Of a stretch of DNA of 64,000 bases, positions 40,427 through 54,000 are shown piece after piece. The stretch's first letter is position 1; every line of letters starts with the position of its first letter. The DNA is from Octopus sinensis (taxonomy: Eukaryota). Under the pieces are notes generated by a model, which was given only the letters and a program-made list of their open reading frames with translations, had not been told where the DNA came from and ran no database searches. A program made the translations under genes and the position numbers. The stretch is from the NCBI RefSeq assembly GCF_006345805.1, contig NC_042997.1, positions 165,788,001-165,852,000 on the forward strand, written 5' to 3'.

Positions 40427-41622
40427 CCTCACACGCACACACACTCACACACATGCACACACACACACACATTAGCTTACAATTTTATTTATATATTTGC
40501 GTGTCTATGTGTGTAAAGAGGAAGTGGGAGTAATATGCAGAGTAAAGGCTTTGAAGTGAAATGGTAGTTTTCTCGAATTTTTTCTGAAATGGGGGTGAAA
40601 TTGAAAGAAATTTTGTATGTCATGACCGAATGGAAGTACTTTGAAAAATCATAGGTAAACTCTAATTGAAGAAATTGTGTGAGGAGTAAATCGTTATGTA
40701 TTTATTTGTTTCTGTTTGGTGTGTTTTTTTTTGGGGGGTAGTGGTTTAAGGTACACTTGCAAAGAGAAAGTATGAGAAATTATGGTGATAGCATGAGTGA
40801 TCCGTTTTATATAAATACTTTCACTTTAATCGTTGCACACTTGCAAAGAGAAAGGAGGAGAAATTAGGGTGATAGGATGAGTGAAGCAGATTGCTCCGTT
40901 TTTGTGTGTGTGTGTGTGTGTGTGCTGTAGCCCACACTAAGAAAAGCACTTCACTTACACACCACAATGTGAGTTTTCTCGAAATTTTGCTTAATTGGGG
41001 TTGAAATTTGAAAAACTGTACCTGGCATGACCCGATTTATTCTACTCTTAAAAATGCTAGGTAAATTGTAATTGAAGAAATCCTATATTGTAGATTTCTA
41101 TAAGAGACAAAGGGAGGCAGATAAAATCTGCCTTTTATAATAAGAGATAACACTGCTGCATGGTAAAATATGGACATCAAATGAATCAATGTATAAAAGA
41201 GTTTTAACATCCCTGTAGATTAATACATATTAACTGGAATTTGTTCTTGTTGCAGACAACTTCATAAAGAGCGACTAAAACACATGCAGAATGTCTTACT
41301 ACGTGATGCCCTGCGTGAAGACATAGATAAACATCATCGGAAGGTGATTGACTTGGAAGAACAATGTGAACAACAAAAGATAGAGATAAGGAAGTTTAAT
41401 TACATGATTAACCAAACTGAAGAACATATGATCAAGCTGAGAAAGAGATACGAAAATGCCATTCAAGAACGTAACAAAAAGTATGTTGTTGTTTTCGTAT
41501 GATTGTTGTTTTGTGATTGTAAATTTGATTATGCTTTGGCATGTGTGTATCAGTTTTAGGTTATAGCTCCTTAGCATTCAATGCTTATTTGTGGCAGTGT
41601 TGTTGCTGTAGTTGTGTGTGTG

Positions 41623-41654
<32 letters not shown>

Positions 41655-44600
41655 GGTGGTGGTGGTGGTGGTGGTGATGATGATGATGATGATGATGAGG
41701 AGGAGGAGGAGGAGGAGGATGATTTTTGTTGTAGTCTTTGACACTTTTGTTGTTCAGAATTTATTAGTATAAGCAGTGTTTTACAGGTAAGTAATGAAGA
41801 CTAATAAATATTGCGAACATATTCCCTTTAAAGAGGAAACTAAGCAATAGCTCAAAGATGATTGTCTGAAGTTTGTTTTTAACTTTGTAATGCATACATT
41901 ATCAATATGCAATGAAGAAAAATCTTTATTTATTGATGTTTCTCACTTTATTTAAGAGTGATAAGTACGTTTGAAGTAAAAGCAATCAATTTTTATCAAA
42001 TACATATACACATCATCATCACCATCATCATCAACTCTGTTACAGTATCAAAAACATCCTGCTTATTATTTTTGTTAAATTACTCTTAGAATCATACCAT
42101 CCTTGAATCTTATGAAAAAAATCAGGTGTCAAGACGATATCTATAAGATATAATCCATGTAAAATCTATCAATGTTTTATGAACTTCATGTTATTTCATT
42201 GCATGTCATTGAAATGTTTAATAGTATGATATGCTTTTATTGGTTCTAATCATTCAACTGCAGCCACACTGGGACACTGCCTGCAAGCATTTAATCACTC
42301 ATATCAACTTCAGTACTTATTGATTGATCTATATTTGTTAAACCACTAAGTTGACTTCACTACACAGCATCTTCGTTGTGAAGTGAATTTCTTAATTACA
42401 TAGCTGTGTTTCTGAATGAAACATGCCTTTAAGTTCTGCTTCACTATTTATTGCCTCTGATCCTTTAACTTTAAGCATTCAGATTACTCTGTCAAATGTA
42501 ATACATACTTATTCACATCGTTTTGAATCAATCATGCATTATTTCATAGCTTTAAGGTGATTGTTTATTTTTACAATGACATTGTAGGGTGGGTGCGAGA
42601 GGTTGGATCTCTCTGATTTGAACATAAAACAGATAGAATATTTTGGGCCTGATATGGTCACTTTAAATGCTAAAGGGTTTAAACTTGTTTTATTATAAAT
42701 ATGTAGTTCTCTTGTAAAGTTATTTCTCTTCTTGGTCTCACAATGAAGAGTTTTGAAGCCCTGTATGTTTTTTACCAGTACAGATCATGTAATATGGGTA
42801 TTTTAAATATTTTGATGTGATCTTATGTTATTTTGAGGACTAACTTCACTTGAAGAAGAGAAGATATCTCATTAAGGCCAGAATATCTATCATATTTTTT
42901 TTATTTGTAGGGGTGAATGGTTAATCAAAATAAACTCAGAAGTATGTTTATTTTATGAAAAATTCAATGTTCAGAGTAAGTGAAAATATATTTTTGTAGT
43001 TGATTTGATCAATTGCTTGCTTTCCCTTACACTACATATACAGACAAATACACATATACACATACATATATGTATATTATATGTGCATATCTGCATGTGT
43101 GTATGGGTGTGTGTGTGTGTGTGTGTGTGTAAATACATGAAATCATTAATGTATCAAATACAATACTCTGCAGTATTATCTGTTCTGAGTGTGCCCCTTT
43201 GTTCAAATCACACAAAGTTTGACTATACTTTTCATCCTTTTGTATTCTTTCACTTACAAAGTATTGTTCAATCCTTGGCTACAGGCAGATGACTATAAAG
43301 ACATGCATACATTCCTCAACAACTGGTGTGTGTTCATTTACAACAAATCAAAATATTTCTTTTAATATATCTGAAATTTTCTGAAAATCAAAGAAAATAA
43401 AATTCAACAAACTCAGAACATTTTTTATTATTTTGATATTTTAATGTTCACCAATTTCATTTATCTAAATTTTATCTATTTATTTTTTTTAAATTTCAAT
43501 TTAGATGACATGATTACAAAAGGAAATTCAGAGCTTGAAAATTTTGAACAAGAATTGAAAATAATGCATCTTGAAAAGAGTTCATTGTTAAGAGAGATCA
43601 ATGTCTTAGACAGGCAGCTTCCTGAGAGGAAACCTCTGCTAGAAAAACTCAGAAATGCCAAATTTGATGTAAACAAAATTTCAGATTATTAATGAAAGAA
43701 TTTTTTTTATATCAATCAAGCAATTAATCTTACTGATAAATCATTTAAATAATCATTTAATCAATTCCTTAATCATTAATTTATCTCCTTCAATTGCTTA
43801 ATTTTTTCCATAATCATCAGAGCTATAGATAAAATTGTTCGGCCTCTTCCTACCGAAAAATAAAAAGTGTTTTGTTTTTATATATGTGGCTGGGCCTATA
43901 CAAGGTAATAAATACAAAGTAACAAAATCATTCTGCATGCTGGCTTGTGCATTTATGTTAAATAGCTGTTGTCATGATCAGGTTTAATTGAGCTCATCTG
44001 AGTCCATTATGAAGATCAACACTAACATTTTTCTTTGACTGAGAAGAATAGATAATTTTCTTCTGTCTAACGCCTTTAGAAAAAGAGGTAGTATGGTGGA
44101 CAAGTCTGAAAGGACTAATGACAGACGTTTTCCTCTAAAGTTCTCATCAACTCAATTAAGAAGTTAATGGTAGAGAGGGAGATGCTTTAGTGAATTTGTT
44201 GGAAGTGTGAGTATGACCTAAGTAAAGGGGTCTATTCTCAGCACATGCCAAGAGAATAAAAACCTGGGGGAGGATATTTGCATTAAAGATAAAGTAGGAT
44301 CTCTGTAGTTCCCTGTCCTTCTAATGGGATGTTTCATTATTTCTTTTCATAATGTTTTTTGCATGTTAGTTTTCTCATATTTGATTCTGTGTAAACCTGC
44401 AGTTCTTTCTGTAGTTTGCAATTGTAAAGTCATCTCAGCTACTACCTTGTACAAGGAAAGAAACAGCCTTCACTGGGGTTGCCTTTGCCTTTGCTGAGGT
44501 CGACTTTGCTCTTCATCCTTTTGGGGTCGATAAATCAAGTACCAGTGAAACACTGGAGTCAATATAATCAACTAGTCCCCTTCCTCCAAATTTTAGGCTT

Positions 44601-44996
44601 TATGCCTTCAGTAGAAAGGATTATTATTATTATTATTATCATTATTATTATTATTATTCTATGTTTGACTTTTGCTTTATATTTGTACAAGTTGGCTCTA
44701 AGTCTCATCCAGAGACCTCAAGAGACAACAGGCTGGAAGTTCATGTTGTTGTTATGCCTAGTGTGCCATATATTTGGGTTTTTTTTTTGGTGTTGTACTA
44801 GTGAATGTCTAAAAAAAAAAAAAAACGTAAACTATGTTTGTTTTAAACCTTGAGATTACATATTACATAGAAAGTATTTTGCGTAGGATATGAGCAGTTC
44901 CCATGAGCGCTATCTTTTGAATTTCTGCCATTTGTGGGTTTCCTGGTATCTGAGTTAGGTAGCAATCAGCCCCTTTTGCTATCATTCCCAGGGCAA

Positions 44997-45051
<55 letters not shown>

Positions 45052-48000
45052 GTTATTATTATTATTGAGTGAGAGAGCAGGGCATGCCATCAAAGTGACA
45101 CAGGGATAAAATATACGTAGCCCAGTATATTCATCATGACTACCTGTCTAATAAGGGTACACTAGGCACATGCATCACAACCATATCTGCGCAGCATGGT
45201 GATCTCATATCTAGATAAACAGCACATGACCTTGCAGGTGGGGCCCAGTTAGAATTTTCCCTAAAATTTACCCCAAAATTTCAGGCCTTGTGTCGATAGT
45301 AGAAAAGGATAGTTGTTTTGTTGTTGTTGTTGTTGTTCTTATTATTATCATGATCATTATTGGTATTGCTATTATTACTTTTAGCATTGCGAATGGGAAA
45401 TTAAATGTAAGATAATGGCAAAAAGTGTTGTGGAGAGAGACAATGAGAAATATCTGCGTTTCCTTCATGGTAATGATCCTTCTCCTCTTGAATTGTCACA
45501 GAAAATTGAAAAGGTATGTTGATAACAGATTTTGAATTTTAAAAATTATCTTCTCTCACACACAAACTTTATTGACACATGTTGCTCTGAAGTTAATGGA
45601 TACCAATGTTATTTAATCTTTGATGTGAGTGTCTAGGGGTAACCTTTCTAGTAGTCTCCTCTAAACACCTCATAGATATAATAAATATCAGAATAAGAAC
45701 ATATTCTTTTGATGTATAATGTAAACAAGATCCATCTCAACTAATGACTTGCTTTCCTATGTAGTGCATGTGGTACTCATCATCATCATCATCATTTAAC
45801 GTCCGCTTTCCATGCTAGCATGGGTTGGACAGTTCAACTGGGGTCTGGAAAGCCAGGCGGCTGCACCAGGCCCAGTCTGATCTGGCAGTGTTTCTACAGC
45901 TGGATGCCCTTCCTAACGCCGCCCACTCTGTGAGTGTAGTGGGTGCTTTTTACATGCCACCGGCACAGGTGCCAGACAAGGCTGGCAATGACCACGATCG
46001 GATGGTGCTTTTTACGTGCCACCGTCACAGAGGCCAGTTGGGGCGGCGCTGGCAACAGCCACGTTTGGATGGTTCTCTTACGTGCCACCGGCACTGGTAT
46101 CACAACTACAATTTCCATTGATTTTGATCGATTTCGATTTCGAGTACTATGTGTGTATAAAGGTTTGCTGAATTTGTTTTTGTGCTTGTTGCTATAGCCA
46201 ACCAGATACTTGAAAGGAATTCATAGGTCAAGCAAACTTAGGATGCCAAACTTAATTGAACTTTATATCTTAGTTAACTTCATACAAATTATGGGTATGT
46301 GGGGATTTTGAATAGATATGTGAGTATTTTGAATGGGTATGTGGGTATTTTGAAAATACTTCATAGAGTGAGAACTGTGCCTTGCATAGTTACAGGTTGC
46401 TCTTTGGCAAGGTATAGCACCCATTCATCCACCCTGCCAGGGATATAGCGAAGTTATGGAACTGCAGCTTGGTGGATTATGAAGAGGTAGCAGAAGAGCT
46501 CAGCTGAGCCAATGGTGCTTCTTACAATGATGCTGAGCAGAGTAATCTTTGAAGTTCAATGATCAGAATCACTAAGCTCTATCAAGAGAGTAACTGCAAC
46601 AGATACTATATTCTGTGAAAACTATTCTTACAATACCTAATTTGAAATAACCCACCAAGTACTTATACCACATCATATCTTTTTGAGCCAAGGCAGCCTC
46701 TATGTGGTCACTTAGCTTACTACAAATAGCAGCTAGATCTCTCAAATCATACTCCACTTCTTAGAAAAGACATGTTGGATTGTATGGCTTTTGACTTCTT
46801 GCATGTAGATAAAATACAAGAGGTTCACAATGGTTTGACTATAAATCTATTCAATCAGGGCTGACCAGGAGTTTAAACAACAATGGCTTTATCTCTTTTC
46901 TGTTGTACACATTTTTTATTTACAGAGTATTTAAAATTTTTCTTTCTTTCACACATAAAAAAATACTTTGATTGAAATATAAAGATTTGTGTCTCCTGTG
47001 ATATATTTTTTTTCTCTCTGGTTTCAGCTCAGAGCTGCGGCCATGCTGATGCACCGCCATTTATCTCCCTATAGTCAGCAGAAGTTCACCATTACTTTCT
47101 GCCAGAGCCGTATGGAGCTTAGGTGTTTTCGCTCATAAACACACACATCGCCCGGTCTGAGATTTGAACCCGCGTTCCCTCGACTGCGAGTCTGCTGCTC
47201 TAACCACTAGACCATGTGCCTCCACAAAATGTTGTTTTACTAGGTTCTACTGGGATTTGAACTCAGATCGCTGGATTCAAAGTCCAGAGTTCTAACCATT
47301 ACACCATAGAACCTCACGTTCTATGGTGTAATGTATGAACTTATTCAAATTTTCAAATTTTATTCTCTATTTTTTCTGCTTGATTAGTTGCTCTTGTGTT
47401 TGAGAGCCACAAGATGTTAAATTAACAGAGTGACATGTTACTAACTAATAAGTTGGTGTTCATATCCCATCATTAGCACTTCTTTATATCCATTCTGTTC
47501 AAAAGCCCCCTCCATAGAAGATAAAAATAACAGAAGAGTACAACTCACCACCGTAAAACTGAAGAGTTATTTACTTGGCTGTAGACATGTTGATTAGCAC
47601 CAAGTCAAACTTGCTGAGTCAGAGCAATGGTCAAATATCTTCCAGCCATAACCATACCTTCATTTTTTTCAGGCAGTGGATGTAAGATCACAATATCTAA
47701 TACAACCTATTTTTTTTAACAACAATGAGATGTGATACAAAGGAGATTTAGATTATATGTCTTACAGATCTTCCCTGGGCATGGATACATTGAAACTCGA
47801 ACGTCTGGCAGCTGACTTGGCAGACACCCATAAGATTATTAACCATCTTACTAACAATAACTCTGAGCACCTTTTCAAACTCCATCTGTCTAACACCCGT
47901 GGACATATTTACAAAGTCAGAAAACAGCACAGCTCCCATGACTTCAGGAAACATTTTTTCACGCTGAGAGTTGCTGAAACATGAAACAAACTGCCGGCAT

Positions 48001-51000
48001 CAGTTGTTAGCTGTCGGAGCACTGCATCCTTCAAAACTTCCATGCTTCCTGAGATTCGCCAACACTACACCTGATTTTCTCCCCTCCATACACATGCAAG
48101 AATGTATCTGACTCATACACTGTTCACTTTCCAGACATTTTTACATAAGTGCATATTCTTTATACACACTTTTGACAAGTTGTGGTGCACCTGAGCACTG
48201 TATACAATAATTTCATTATTATATAAAGGATTTTTCATTGGATTTATGTGAGTTTGACTTGGAGTGGGATAGCTTATGATGAGATGCCTTGTCATAAATA
48301 CTTATGTAAATATGATGCCATTAATGGAGTCCCTGTGGCTTAATGTGTGAGGGCATGCAGCTGTCACTGAAAGTTCTAGGCGTCTGTTGTCATAGGAACC
48401 ATGTAGTTAGTAAAAATACTTTGAATCACTGCTGTAAGCAGTAGTGGTCTGGTAAACTAACCATAGATTTCTCTTGGTGAACGCTCATCCTCAATTTAGT
48501 AAAGACCACTTCTCAATGACTGATCTTCTTCTTGAGAGCTAAAAAATAATTCAACCCTCAACAACTATTAACCTTCTAGAAGGTCCAGGTGGAACCCACA
48601 GTGTTCTCATACCTGGAATAGAGCTGTTTCTTCTATGATGTTCAAAGAGAGATCACTTGGTTGCTGTGAAGTCAATCCTAAGCACACATCATCCTGGCCT
48701 TTTCTCTCTGCCTTTTCTGTCATCAGTACAGTGGCCACTGCTCTATGGAAATAGCTGGTTGCATACCACTTTCATCCAAACACTTACAACTCACTTATCC
48801 CTCTTCCTCTCATTATTCATATTGCCTGCATCTCCATAGGTCTTACACAATCCATTATGCCCATTTCCAGGGGGATATTATCAGTTTTGGAGAGCCTGTG
48901 GAGGCTATGGGCATAACCTCTTCTCTTAGTCCAAACAAATAAAAAAACAAAATCTCATAGATTTCAAATTGTATGGCTTTACTACTTCATTATTATGATG
49001 GTAAAAGTATTTTTTTTTAATGTCAGGTCACACACAATTCAGGACACATGTAGTCTGATACAACCTGTTGCATGATCAGATCATTGGCAATGAAACCAGC
49101 TCTCCCACTAAGTAAAGTCCATCCAATGTATATCTACATAATTTTGTCAACCCAATTTCTCTCACAATGAGTAGAGTGACCAAAGGCTATGGTGAAAGAC
49201 TGTCATGCAGTGGAATTGAACTTTGAATTACTTGATTGCAAACTGAATGCCTTTGTCACACAACTATGCCAGTAACTGTATTTATTGGAAAAACAAAATA
49301 ACAACAAAACAGAATTCCAACAGAGTTATTTAGTGTTTATTTTCTTATTCATTGTTTTGTTTGTCTAGCTGGAAGTCCGATTGTCTAATATGGAGAAACA
49401 GCTGATGGAGAAGGATCTCCTTATAAAGCAAGTGACTCATCTTCTGGAAAGAACTAAACATAAGGCTGATACAGGAAAAGATGATACATTGAAGCTTGCT
49501 AAAAGTGTATGTTTAAAAAATAATTATCTGTAATGAATTTACAGTTGTGCCTTGTTCTTTACTCTTTGTAATTATATTATAGGATATATTCATATGTATA
49601 TGTTTAGTTCAGCATTAGACCAAGCATTTAAAATATGATTTTCAACTGCATATTTTTTAAATCTTTGTCTCTCCAGCATCACCCAAATGCTACAATTTCA
49701 TTCAATCTTTCCAAATTTCCATATCAACAACAACAACAAAAAGAGATTCTATTTAAAATAAAGAATATTGGCTTTATATTTGTCAGTTCCATAGCTTTTT
49801 TAAGATCCCCCTTGTCAAGTTGGGGTTAGAATGACTGAGATAGGTTAGTAGAAATAATGCTCAATGCAAAATGTTTGGAGTTTCTCAGCTATTCAGTTCT
49901 GAAGATGAATAAACAACCAAACAATCAAATGATTTCTGTAGAATGAGACACAGTGATGGTGAGGTGACTATTTGTCAAGGATTTACTTTACACATTTATA
50001 TTAAAATTTCCTTTTGAATACTTAACCCAATTTGTCTAAACTGAATAAACTGTTAATACCTTGTATTTTACAAATGCAGTGGAATCATAGAAAAGGTGGA
50101 GAGCCAAAGTGAGTTCTTTGCAGTATTTAGTTTCATCTGCTCATGAGTTCAGTCTTATTGAGGGAACCTTTGCTGTTTAGCCATCAGTGGTTGTTAATTT
50201 GTACAGACTATTCTTCTCCTTTTCACGTTTAAGTCTTTGTTCCAATGTGAGAAATGAAGTATTTTATATTTTAGATCAATGACATGCAGCGCAAGATTAA
50301 AGAAACTACTCGCAAAATGATGTCTATGACTGCTGAGCTGTCCATGAACCAAGCAAATGCAATGATGTTAAATCATGAACTGAAACAACAAGAAGACTTA
50401 GTAGGACAGTGTTATGCCCGAATGGCACAAGGAGAAGCACCATCTGAGGCAATGGAACAGGAATGGTTGAGAAAGAAAAATGATGAACAACAGCAAAAGA
50501 ATAGATTGCTAGAACAGCAATTGGTGAGTTGTGGTTGTATACATATTGGTTTAAACTGAAAGTAATGGAAGCTGGATTTGATCTAAAATAAGTTAGTAGT
50601 TTGGAATCAGTCCTTATGGTCCAACAGTAAGGAATCATAGTGGTCCTAGTAACGGGACAAATAGAAACTTAGTTTCTAAACAATACAACCAGGTTGTATA
50701 AAAATGGCATTGGGTTTTTTCAAAATGATTAGTAATGAGCCAGTCCTACTGGAACAACAAGTAAGGTTTTAGTGAGACTTGAAAAAACTAGATACGGTTT
50801 CAAATTTCTGGCAACTTTTTACTTTCAAACTTCTTATTTTTTTATTTTTTATCTCATTTGGGAGTTATCAAAAACCAGATAATGTTCATTTTGTTTTACT
50901 ACTGGTCCAAAAATATATTTTCATACATATTTTCTATATTTTTGAAATGTGGTCGTTGAATCAAACAATTGGATTTGTGTATAAAAGTGCTTCTGGAATA

Positions 51001-54000
51001 TTACAAAAAACATCATTGTAGAAATGAAACATTGAATGTCTACCCTTAGTTTAGTCCTAATGTTTATAATAATCTAGAGCAACTAATAGTTGGGCCAGTG
51101 GACTCGTGGTTGTAGGATCACAGTTGTGATTCCCAGACTGGGTGTTGTGAGTGTTTATTGAACAAAAACAACAAAAGCTCCACAAGGCCCCAGTAGAGGG
51201 TGGTGACGAACTCTGCTATACTCTTTCACCACAACTTTCTCTCACTATATCTTCCTGTTTCTGTTGTACCTGTATTCCAAAGGGCCAGCCTTGTCACACT
51301 CTGTGTTATGCTGAATCTCCCCGAGAACTACGTTAAGGGTACACATGTCTGTGGAGTGCTCAGCCACTTGCACGTTAATTTCATGAGCAGGCTGTTCTGT
51401 TGATCAGATCAACTGGAGCCCTCGTCATTGTAACAGACAGAGTGCCATAAGAGCAACCAACAGAGTACTTGTTGAATTGTTACCTCATTGCTAATTTTAA
51501 CCATTTAGCATTTAAAATAGTCATATCAGGCCCTAATATTTTGCCCGTTCTATGTTTGAACTAGCTAGATCTGACCTCTCATACCTGTCCTACATTGTTA
51601 TTCTAAAAATAAAGAATATCATCATCAAAATATTGAAGCTACGCCAGGAAAAGCTAATTTACTGTGGTAATAATACTAAGTATGATACACAGATGGTTAT
51701 TTTAAACTAATACTGCTTCTGTTACACATAACTGATATATGTGTGTGTATGTATGTATAGCTTAGGAGAAGAATATATGAACACGGGTAAAAGGTAGAAA
51801 GTGTAAGTGTAAAAGTATAAATATAGAGCTCTTACCCCTGCTGGTGACAAAAGACCTCTCGCTCAGAGTAAAAGGCAGACTGTATGATGCATGTGTACGT
51901 ACAGCCATGCTACATGGTAGTGAAACATGGGCCGTGACTGCTGAGGATATGCGTAAGCTCACAAGAAATGAAGCCAGTATGCTCCGATGGATGTGTAACG
52001 TCAGTGTTCATAATCGACAGAGTGTAAGTACCTTGAGAGAAAAGTTGGACCTAAGAAGCATCAGTTGTGGTGTGCAAGAGAGATGGCTGCGCTGGTATGG
52101 TCGTGTGACGAGAATGGCTGAAGATAGTTGTGTGCAAAAGTGCTACACCCTAGCAGTTGAGGGAACCTGTGGAAGAGGTAGACCCAGGAAAACCTGGGAC
52201 GAGGTGGTGAAGCACGACCTTCGAACTTTAGGTCTCACCAAGGAAATGACTAGAGACCGAGACCTATGGAAGTATGCTGTGCGTGAGAAGACCCGGCAAG
52301 ACTAGTGAGGCCATAACCCGTGGCCCCTACCTGGCCTGGTGCAGCCTTCGGGCTCCCCAGACCCCAGTTGAACCGTCCAACCCATGCTAGCATGGAAAGC
52401 GGACGTTAAACGATGATGATGATGATGATGATATATATACACACACACACGTAAAAATATATATACATAAAATACATCTACATCTGAATGTTTACACAAA
52501 TACATATATTTAAATACTTATTCATACACATAAAATACACATACATATGTGAAAACATATGCACAGACATACATGTATATGTACACACACATGTCTAAAT
52601 ATACAAATGCATGCAAAGCAACATACAAATATACATAAATTCTTTGCTATACTTGTTGCCAACCCTCACCTTACTAACAGCATCCCTGTACATGGCTTGT
52701 ACAGCTCTCACCAACCACTCATCTATCCTATTATTCCTTTTAATTAGTTGAAATTCCTATTTCTGGATATATTCTGTTCATTTTTACTTGCTTTTACATA
52801 TAGTTTTCCTTGTTTTTTTTTATATAATTATTAATTATAGTTTAGTCCACTGTTGAGATATGCCTCCATGAGCAGCCAGCCTACACTGTTACTTTAAAAT
52901 CAGTTACTCAATCAAATTCAATTGCTTATTCATTGAACTGTAGTGGCTATATTGTATTATATTATCTCTGTCACTCTCTAACCTTTCATCATCTGACACA
53001 AGATCACCTCCTCCAATGCCCCTTCCCCTCTCAAAAGATCATTGTCTTGCAAAATACTTGGTGACCCTGCCAGTGCTGGTGCCATGTAAAAAGCATTCAG
53101 TCCACACTGAAAAGTGGTTGGTGTTTGGAAGGGCATCCAGCTTTTAAAAACCATGCCAAAACTAACCTCACCTGTGCTGGTGCTACATATAAAGCACTTA
53201 GTCCACTCTGCAGGGTGGTTAGTGTAAGGAAGGCTATCTAATTGTAAAAACTGTGCCAAATCAGACACAGAAGTCTGATGCAGTCTTCTGCCTGGCCAGC
53301 TCCTGTCAAACTGTCCAGCTCATGCCAGCATGGAAGGCAGATGTTAAACAATGATGATGTTGATAATGATATATTATATTACATGTACCCCTACAATTAT
53401 TTATTCTGAATCAACACAACTATCTGACAAACAATCTTGTGAACTCTGAGTAACAGTTTGTGAAGATATTTTTCAGTTTTAATAGATAGTATATAGTTTC
53501 TATCTCCCAAGTTCCACTCATAGTATTGGTAAACTATATAGACTATAGTATTTGCCTAAGGCACTGTACAGTGAGTTTAGACCCAAAACTACATGTTTGC
53601 AGAGTAAACATTTTAACTATACAACCAGCCATGTCCCTTATTTATGTTTGTAAAAATTAAAATTTTAAAATATCCATTAATTTTATCTAAATTAATGGGT
53701 AGCATTATCCCACAAGCACAATTAGCTTTTCTAGTTAGTGATTTGTGCTGGTCTGTTTCTGTTGGATGTTTCTGTGAACTGGGTTTTTTTTTCTTATTTA
53801 CAGCAGAATTTATTGCTGTCAAGGTTTTGTTTAAACAATAACATTCTTAACATTATCATTTAACGTCAACAATCATATGAATTTATTTCAGTTGGAGGAA
53901 GAAGACACAAACCTCAGAAAAGCTGGAAGTACTTTCACAACAGCAGAACAAAGACCAAATGCCTATATGCCAGATATTGGCTGTGATCTTCCTGTTCCAA

